Shown: one piece after another, positions 56,086 through 64,000 of the stretch | How positions within the stretch are numbered: the first letter of the stretch is position 1 | Layout: every line of letters starts with the position of its first letter | Origin: Paragordius varius | Lineage: Eukaryota; Animalia; Nematomorpha | Length of the DNA: 64,000 nucleotides | Direction of reading: 5' to 3' | NCBI GenBank assembly: GCA_964247055.1 | Contig: OZ176052.1 | Span: 1,302,001-1,366,000, forward strand | The notes under the pieces: generated by a model | What the model was told of the DNA's origin: nothing | Seen by the model: the letters and a program-made list of their open reading frames with translations, nothing else | The model's database searches: none | Translations under genes and position numbers: made by a program

Positions 56086-57173
56086 TCAATTTGTAGGTGA
56101 TGATAGTGTTGTCGTCAAACATTTTTGACACAACATTCTGCGGTGATTTGTCAAACTTTTATTGGGTGATTGTGATGGAAATATCTTCAAACATTTTTCA
56201 CAGGTGACAATACTTATTGGTGTCATTGATTTCCTTTCATTGCCATTCACAAGATTTTGAGTTCGATTTAAATTGTTAGAGTTAATGGTGGTTGTAACAG
56301 GATGAGGACACGAAGAAGGGCTTAACATTTTTTCAAACGTTTCTACTATCCGTGTTGCATATGTATTATTGGATGCTGCTTTACCAAAATTGTAATTATT
56401 ATTATTGTTGTTTCGAGTACTAGTAGTAAATCCATTGCTACTCTCTCCATATTTCGAATTATCATCTTCATATTTAGTTTTATTCCCATGTAAATCAGCT
56501 GATATTGGTGTCGGGAAAATTAAGAAATCTGGTCTAACATACAGCTTGTTGTGGGTCGACATTATTTCTTTACTGCTACTGGTTGGCGTAGAGGGATTCA
56601 AAGACGTATTTAGTAATTTTTCTCGCATACCACTCGTGTATGGTTTTGGTGCACCACTTGTCCATATTTTTGGACGGTTTAATGCTAAAAATGTTTGCTC
56701 ATGCATTTTTTTACCATCATCCGTATCCTTTTTTGATTCATTACTCATAATAATGACAGGAGGAGTATTATTAAAAATATCGGATTTTCTATTATTCTGT
56801 AATAACAAATTCTTGCCACCTTCATCAGGACAAGACCTGACAAAATATTGGTAGGGTGGGGTGTGGCACCTTATATTTTCATATCCAGGTATTGCACTTT
56901 TTTTGTTTTTGCTTCCAAAACTCAAACCTGCCTCATCTTTTGAAGTTTGGGCCAACGTTTGAATATGCTTGCTGGAATTAAAGATTAGCTTTTTCTGATG
57001 ATCTGATGAATGTTTGGTGAAAGAATTGGGACTTTTATTCAATACTTCCATTTTTAATGCATTTGATGACGAATTATTTGTATGATAGGATTGAGACATG
57101 ATATCCAGGGGCGGTTGTATAAGATTATTTGCTAAATTCATTTCATTTCCAATGTTGGGTCTAGAGGAATGGC
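56086..57173 (-). CDS. Terminal coding exon with C-terminal CxxC-x20-CxxC
   Basis: Acceptor TTTTATAG|GC after a 71-nt intron. Open to the TGA at 56,086-56,088. Confidence 0.9.
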
Positions 57174-60100
57174 CTATAAAATTGAAATATATATAAATAC
57201 TTAAATTATAATTTTCTAAAAATGATGAAATATGGCCCACTTACCCTTATGGGAAACGGATAGTTTGGTTTTAGTGATATCAATGTGAGAGAGCAAACTT
57301 GTTTGATGATGATTGTGTGTCGTTGACGAAAATGTAACATACGAATTCTCGTTAATATTATTAATACTTGTCTTTTGAGAATTGATACCATTATCAATTT
57401 GACACGGGCTATAAGAAATGTATGATGTTTTAGTTTGACTTAGCCCACCCCATTGATTGTTTTTAAATGCGCTTGTACGATTAGTTATACCGTCAGTGTT
57501 TGGCGGATTGAATTTTATTGTGGCATCTTTATGTGCCATTTTTGCTTCCCCAGATACCATCTTCTCTAGTTTTGCGTAAGGCAAAAATTGGTTATTTAAA
57601 AATGATTCACTATTTTCGGTTAATTTTTTCAAGGGTGATAAATTCTTTAGTGAGGTCAATGGAGGTGACGAAGTTTCTATCAACTCTTGGAGAAAGTGAT
57701 ATTTTTTGGGTGTTTTACTTGGCGATGTAGCAATGGATTCGTTACATTCTTTGGTAATATAAATATTATTGGGTTCTAAAGGTTTGTTAAATATTGAACT
57801 CTCTAAAGATTGATCCATCATTGAAACTGAAACGGGACAGTTGTCAATGATTTCTTTAGGCATGACGACACATGGTATGGATGGTATTTTTGAGTTTAAA
57901 CCTCTGAAGTTTGATAATTGTGGTATGATATTAGAAGATGTGTTGATTTTCTCTTTAGTTGAATTTATGTTTGAAATGTGGTTTGTTTTTAAAACATCCA
58001 AATTTCCAATATCAGCTAAAACAGTTTGATGGGTCAAAGATCGTCGCCTTATATCATAGCTGCTTTGGACAGTTGATAAATTAAATGCATCATCGGTAGT
58101 AGTATTTAATGTACACAGTGTTGTGTTAAATATTGGTCCGTTTATTTTGGAGAACGAGGACTTGAAAGGCGAAATAATTTGATTCGATATGCTGGTAGTT
58201 GTTTTTGTAAGTTTGGTTAACGCTCCTTTCTTTTTTATCATTGATCTTGGGATTGTACCTTAACATATAATATTTTATTTAACTATAATCAAAATACTTT
58301 TATAATGTTCTTTTTGTATTTCGCAATGAGATATTGGTCCTGATCAAGATAAAAAATATTAAACTTATGCCCATATTATAATTCTAACGATTGCCATTTA
58401 TTTTTATGCTAAATTTTTTTTGACAAAGTTAGATTATTAAAACCGAATCGAAGTATAAAATCTATATAACAAAATTTCAAACATCTGCCCTAAGCCGCTA
58501 AAATATCTAGGCAATAGAATTTTTATTTTGTGCTTATTAGAACAAATATACTGTGGAAAAAGCATGCATAAAATTATTTACCATATATATTAGTTGAATC
58601 AATCATTTCTTGGTTATTTTGAATATTTGATTTAGTTTGAGAGTTAGGCGTAATAATTTTATGAATTGTAGTGTCAATGCCTAAAGCGAGGGATGATTTA
58701 GATTCAAATTTTTGAATGCGTTCAGATATTCTACGTTTTGTTGCCACGCTTTCAAAAGTGTCCTTAATTAATGTTTGATTTGGTTTAAGATTAGGAGGTA
58801 CTATTTGGCTTGTACAATCCAAAAAATTTGATCTCTCATTGTCATTTATAAATGATTGTTTGGTAACAGTAGAAGGCATAGTATTATCCATCGATTTTCT
58901 ATCATATATACGAATAAATTTATATCGTTTTTTAAATTATCGCTAAAAAAGGTTGTCAAAAGTAAGAGTCATCATATTGATGAATCTATTATAAAGTTTG
59001 ACTGGTCATTCGTGGGCGTGAGATTATTAAATTTATATAAAGAATTATTTATAATTTCAAGTTCGTTTCGAAATTTAAATTTATTGAACTTAATATTGGA
59101 GAACCAAAGATATTTTCAAATGTCCTAAAATTAAAATAGTGTTTCGTTGATATTTATTACTATGATGATCTAAAATTAAAACATTTTATCACAATTAGTG
59201 TTTAACGCAAAAAACAATCCAAAACTTAAACCTTTTCTATGTTACATATTTTATAAAATGAGAACTAAATATAAATCCAAACTTGATGGGAGATGGAATA
59301 AACGATTGAATAGACACTGTACTCATATTCAGATTAGCGGATATTGGGACAATCGATTTGCTTGAGACTGATGTTACATTACTTGACTTAAAAGAATTTA
59401 CGCTTGGCAAATGCGAGGATCGTGGCATATCTATTTTTTTAGATCGATGTAAGATTAATGATTTACTAAATTGATCAAAGGAGGAGCAAGTATCTTTGGC
59501 TATTAGTTTATCTTTTTCTTTTTCTTCTTCTAATAAAGTGTTATTTTGGTAGGGTTCTGCTGTAAATTCAGTATTGCCGTGTAGGTCTTCATCATTATTG
59601 CATGAAATGGTGTGATTTTGTGTAGCAAATAATTGCGATAATTGTCGCGTCAGTAATTGGCATTTATTGTAAAGCACACGGGCTTGGCTTATGAGGTTTG
59701 GGTCGGCTTCATGAACATCCATTGCCTGTCGAGCCCTCTCTGTAATGTAATGAACACAATATATATTTATAGTGTGAGTAAGGATACATTGCTATTTTTT
59801 TATTAATTATTTTCAGAAAACATATTCTCCAATTGGTAATGTTATTGGCTTAAAGATAATTTTTCACTTTTTAGTATTATTAGCCAATAACTCTTCGCTG
59901 TATATATCGGGCAATATTTAATGAAAACAAGCAATGTATACTTAGCCATACTGTATTTTTATAAAATTTCGTAATCAGTTTATTCATTTTGGACATATAA
60001 AAATTTTTAGATTGAGTAAATGGTTTTGAATCCTTTGAATTATTAATATAATTTCCCAAAACAAAAATGCGCTAAACAGCTGAAATATCAGTATTTTGGG

Positions 60101-63100
60101 TACATTTTTTAAAACATATGTACAACGCTTGAAACTTTTATTACATGTTTATAATAATATTTGGAAAAACAACCAATATTTTAAACAAAATACGTTTTTG
60201 GAGTTTTTCTAAATTTCACACGGTAATTGACGCAAAATTTTAACAAAAAAATATATATGTGCTAAACCTTTTAAATATATCGAATTTTGTCTATTTTTCA
60301 AATTCTTTTGGATATACTTTTGTTTAAAATAGATTATGCGTAGGAATCTAAAATCATTCGAATAAATTTGAGTTTAGGAGCCGAAACTTTTATACAACTG
60401 GATTAAACATCATTTTTAAAATTGAAAACCCTATTCCTAGCCTTAAATCTATATTATGATATGAGCAAAGTAATTATTTAGGTACGTGACAAAAAAATAT
60501 GACAACAAGGGGTGCATGAAAGATTATTTTATATTTACTGTAATACCTAAAATTTTATAAACATTAAAAACAAACCTTGGGCTGTAGTGTATAAGCATAA
60601 AGCAGTGGAGGCATCGTTGGAGTTTGCGGCGATTTCCGCTTGATTCATCAAATTTTGCGTTTCTTTCGATAATGTGAAACATTTTTCATCACAATCTACG
60701 ATAAAATTATGTAATTATTAAAAACTCAAAAAACTAAAAAAGGAAAATGTTTTTAAGTGTGAAATTTAGATAAAAGATAATATACCTGAATTCGTTTCTT
60801 GATCACTGGGATAATCTGGTACCAAAGACTTTTGGGGGCAGTTCTTATTAAAATATTTGGTTGAATTTGGAGCATCTAAATTTTATTTATTTATAAATGT
60901 AACCAAACTAATTTAACCAATAAGATAATTTTTAAAAGTTTAGGTAAGAAAAATATTTCTAGTATAAAGATATCTTTGAAAATTAATGAAAATATGGTTC
61001 AATTAAAAAAACTAATTTTCTTTACCCTAAATTTAATTTAAAAATAGGCATTTGATAATATAATATTATTTTAAAAATTAACAGTCTCAACCCAAAATAC
61101 TTCCTATAACCTGATTATGGTTTAATGAATTTGGTTATCAAAATTTATAGAAAATTATACCAAAATATATTTTTTCAACGAAATAAAATACTAATGTCAA
61201 CATGATGTGCGGCCCGTGAAAAAATTATAAATCCAAAATTTGCAAAAATATGATCACAAAATAAATTCTTAAACAATTTTCAATAAACAAGTCTATTCAA
61301 TTGGCAAGAACTATAAAAAATTGTTATGCTAAGTTTGCATTTTACAGTCTCATGTTTAAAATCTAATAAATTATTTATGAATGCCCACATACATTTCGAA
61401 CGCACCCGCTGGATATTTTTTGAATCAAAAATGCGGCTTGCGAAGCCATTTGTGTTGGACATCGCTGATTTAAGCTTTGTAAAACTCAAGGTTTAAGGTA
61501 TTTTAAATATTTACTAAATTATGAAAAATAAATATAAACCTTAAAAAAATTTTAATGCACAATAAAATACTTTTTAGCTAATATAATATATAACTTTACT
61601 GTAATATTAAAAAATTTGTATTCATTCGTGATTGCTAATGCCAAAAAATATAATGATGACGTTAATCACCTGTAATTACATTCATTACATCAAAGCTTAC
61701 CGTTAAATTAAATGTGTCATAATCATTAATTTAATTATTTTCCATATATTATAAATAATAGATTAAAATTTTGTTATTTTTTTTTAATTTTTTAAATAAT
61801 ATACCATTGTTTGTGGCCCAAGTTAAATTTGGATCTTGTGGTAATTTGGCACATGTTGTGATAAGTTTGGACGGACTATTCATATTTTTAAGATTTTCAA
61901 TGCGATTTCTACTATTATCAACACAAATTTTCACATCTATGGGGACGATCTGGGATGTATTTGGTATTGCAAAATTTTTGAGGTACAAGTATGAAGTATC
62001 AGCTAAAGCTTCATAACTACTTCGGGGTAAGCTAGTATAATATTGATTCTCAGTGTCAACAACATTTTTTGCAGAGGATTTCATATCATTCGTTGAAAAA
62101 TAGTTGTTTGAGGAGACATACAATTTGTCGCTAAGACATTGATCATTAGTGATTCTTGAGTTTAGATTGGTATTTGCAGAATAATTATTTGAAGATAAAG
62201 AGATTTGTTGAGGTTGTCGCCATCTTCGTGGCGGACCACTTGATTGGGTTGAAGACAGGTCAGATGATATGGTGCTTCCCTGATCATTATTTGTGAGATA
62301 ACCGGAATCTCGTTTCTCTACAAATATTTCTTGAGCAACTCTACTGCTTGTAGGCCCTAAGAACAGTGAACTGTTACTTCTATCCTCTATTTCATTATTT
62401 GAAACAATATTAGGGAGAGCTAAGTTTGAATTTAAGGGTGTCGTCATACCTGGATATATTGAATATGATTGCGGTGGCGTAGGTGTATAACGATCGATTT
62501 GTAGGGGACTTTTGGAAAGATGTATTCGATAATCTCTAGTCTTTTCATTATCGCAAACATTCGATTTAGCAACATATAAGGATTCTTCTGAAATTTTTGT
62601 ATTCTTTGAATCGTGGGTAATAGATGGTAAAAAGGGGGATTTAAAATATTTTTTTTCATAACTTGAACTGGACAGTGATGTTAATGTCATGTTTGGATCA
62701 AAACACGCCGAACGATTTATTTGCTTATTTGGGTTATTGTAAATTTTATTTGTGGGATTTTCGCTTTGAAGATAGTAAGGCTTGTTGGTGGTAGATGTAA
62801 CCGAGTTATCTAAATAAGTGCATAAAATATTTTTAAGTTTTAGAAGGTCATGAAATAAAAATTAGCTGTATTTGGAAAAACTTACTTTTTTTAACATTCT
62901 ACCTGTAAAATGTAACATTTTACAATTATAATTTATTTAAGATATTTCTGGACTAATAGAGATTATGCAAAATATATTCAAAATCCCAAGCATATAAGTT
63001 TATATATATATATTTATCAAAACTTAAAAATCTTGAATTATAAACCAGTATTTCATTAGTTCAGAAATAATTATCATCTAAAAAGATACTAACAGATTGA

Positions 63101-63775
63101 TAATTTATTAACCGCAATTTTTCCCCTTAAAAGGATCCCATAATTCATCTGTATTATATATATATATATATATATATATTTATTTATTTTAAAAATTATT
63201 AAAAAAGTAATTAGTTTAAGATTTAAATCAATTATATGTAATGGCATACAAAAAAATTGAGTGCTCAACAAATTTTTCGATATATCAAAAAACTATATAC
63301 TTTCATCAATAAAACTTATATTGTGATTAGAATGTTGCTGACGACTAATGAACAGCGAATCGAAATCTTTAGATTTAGTCAAATCGTATGCATTAAACTG
63401 TTCATCTTTACCATATAATTTAGCTTCGTCGTTAGTGCGCTGATAACCTTTAGTGTTATGGGTGGATTTTGCTAATAAGTTGGAGGAGCCTTCAGATCTT
63501 CTCCTATGTTTAACCAATTTTTCTCTTTTTTGATTTTGTTGGCTCAAACTATTTTGTTTGGCATCAATAATAATCATACCAGGTTTAACTGTTTCACTAC
63601 TAGTTTTACAGGGTTGCAAAAATGTCGTCGAATTTCTGCCCCGTATTTTATCACCCGTAAAGCTTTTAACTTTGTCAAATATCAACATAGAATGCTCCTT
63701 TCGATGATGTTGTTGCTTTTGAGGAGTATCCGATGAATATGAGGCATTTAAATTATTGAGAGCGAATTTTAACAT
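56086..63775 (-). CDS. USP54: Multi-exon gene, probable echinus / USP53-USP54-like ubiquitin-specific-protease family member (non-catalytic middle and C-terminal part)
   Basis: Hand-built GT-AG model with consistent phases: join(63301-63775 or 63715, 61805-62809, 61393-61464, 60786-60875, 60576-60695, 59283-59739, 58582-58898, 57245-58258, 56086-57173), ~1,540 aa. The spliced segment LMNQAEIAANSNDASTALCLYTTAQERARQAMDVHEADPNLISQARVLYNKCQLLTRQL fits the D-x2-TAL-x-L...AR-x-AMD...P...AR...N-x-C...R-x-L MIT-like helical motif I recall from Drosophila echinus and USP54. The protein also has a KRDSG motif and long low-complexity tails. The family call is from memory and unverified. No USP catalytic domain is in the window. 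Confidence 0.6.
57245..58258 (-). CDS. Internal exon, 1,014 nt, phase 1-1
   Basis: Acceptor ATGTTAAG|GT, donor AAGG|GTAAGT. Matches ORF 57,216-58,241. Confidence 0.9.
58582..58898 (-). CDS. Internal exon, 317 nt (KSMDNTMPS...STNIY)
   Basis: Covers ORF 58,574-58,891. Donor TATG|GTAAAT. The acceptor ATGATAG|A (phase 2) is the only frame-compatible AG found, so the 5' edge is less certain. Confidence 0.7.
59283..59739 (-). CDS. USP54: Internal exon, second half of MIT-like segment followed by low-complexity sequence
   Basis: Acceptor CATTACAG|AG. Encodes ERARQAMDVHEADPNLISQARVLYNKCQLLTRQL. The donor is taken as ATCAA|GTTTGG (phase 2). An alternative phase-0 donor TAT|GTAACA lies at ~59,245. 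Confidence 0.8.
60576..60695 (-). CDS. USP54: Internal exon, 120 nt, phase 1-1, first half of MIT-like segment (DCDEKCFTLSKETQNLMNQAEIAANSNDASTALCLYTTAQ); not in ORF track
   Basis: Acceptor TTTATCGTAG|AT, donor CAAG|GTTTGT. Joins in frame to ERARQAMD of the next exon. Confidence 0.8.
60786..60875 (-). CDS. Small internal exon, 90 nt, phase 1-1 (YAPNSTKYFNKNCPQKSLVPDYPSDQETNS); not in ORF track
   Basis: Acceptor AAATTTAG|AT, donor TTCAG|GTATAT. Open and frame-preserving. Confidence 0.7.
61200..61290 (-). mobile_element. Intronic inverted fragment of the hAT-like MITE at 30,397-30,692
   Basis: Its reverse complement ATTTTGTGATCATATTTTTGCAAA...TTTTCACGGGCCGCACAT aligns with 30,595-30,657 ATTTTATGAGCATATTTTTGCAAA...TTTTCGCGGGCCGTACAT. 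Confidence 0.6.
61393..61464 (-). CDS. Small internal exon, 72 nt, phase 1-1 (AMSNTNGFASRIFDSKNIQRVRSK)
   Basis: Acceptor TAAATCAG|CG, donor AAAT|GTATGT. A GC-richer island lying within ORF 61,280-61,489. Confidence 0.65.
61805..62809 (-). CDS. Internal exon, 1,005 nt, phase 1-1
   Basis: Acceptor TTATTTAG|AT, donor AATG|GTATAT. Open throughout and extends the 61,749-62,690 ORF upstream (NSVTSTTNKPY...). Contains EKRDSGY. Confidence 0.9.
63155..63179. repeat. Intronic (TA)12 microsatellite
   Basis: Direct read of the sequence. Confidence 0.95.
63301..63775 (-). CDS. Most 5' exon in window (5' boundary uncertain: ATG at 63,775 or acceptor AAAG at 63,716-63,717)
   Basis: Open frame MLKFALNN...SFIDE. 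Phase-1 donor GAAA|GTATAT at 63,300. In-frame stop just upstream of 63,799. Confidence 0.75.
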
Positions 63776-64000
63776 AATTTTGGTTTTTATAATAACCAAT
63801 ATTACATGTAATTAGGGATAGTATAGTATAGTACTTTTGCGATGGAAAAAATCCTTAAGGTATAAAAACTAATATATGTATATATGTGTCTTGTCAGTTC
63901 TGTAGTAATGTTAATTTGTGACAAAAAATAATGGCATAGCAAAAAAAAGCGAGTTAAATGAGATAAGATTGATAAATGAACAAAAGTTAATTATATATGT

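Noticed and set aside
61660-61715. Intronic donor-like (GTAAGC) and acceptor-like (TTACAG) sites on the minus strand
   Set aside because: They are only ~40 nt apart. There is no upstream AG to define an exon, and the acceptor leads to an immediate stop.
56405-63736. Plus-strand and alternate-frame ORFs (56405-56854, 57206-57397, 57518-57730, 57841-58029, 58856-59128, 61771-62016, 62444-62659, 63089-63271, 63506-63736)
   Set aside because: Shadow or intronic frames of the long minus-strand exons, with no independent splice or homology support.

Overview
Very AT-rich, intron-containing eukaryotic (probably invertebrate) DNA with four zones. (1) 1-~26,560: a young, homogeneous tandem satellite of 99-bp monomers (~268 copies, truncated by the window start). 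It has internal 2-, 7-, 11- and ~73-monomer periodicities. (2) ~26,560-34,980: unique or decayed spacer with small non-autonomous DNA-transposon remnants and exon-like relics. (3) ~34,980-50,770: an older array of the SAME satellite family, organised as a higher-order repeat (HOR; ~17 units, mostly ~820-850 bp of ~10 diverged monomers) with a 3.47-kb super-repeat. Both arrays are followed directly by homologous ~1.8-2.2 kb flanks that look like decayed minus-strand coding sequence. (4) 56,086-~63,775: a minus-strand multi-exon gene. Nine exons are phase-consistent, three of them absent from the ORF track, giving ~1,540 aa. The protein is S/T/N-rich, with an MIT-like helical segment I recall from echinus/USP53-USP54 and a terminal CxxC-x20-CxxC. 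Any catalytic N-terminus would lie beyond the window. No CRISPR, rRNA or tRNA was seen. All offsets were counted by hand from diagnostic variants. The family assignment is from memory and needs a database check.
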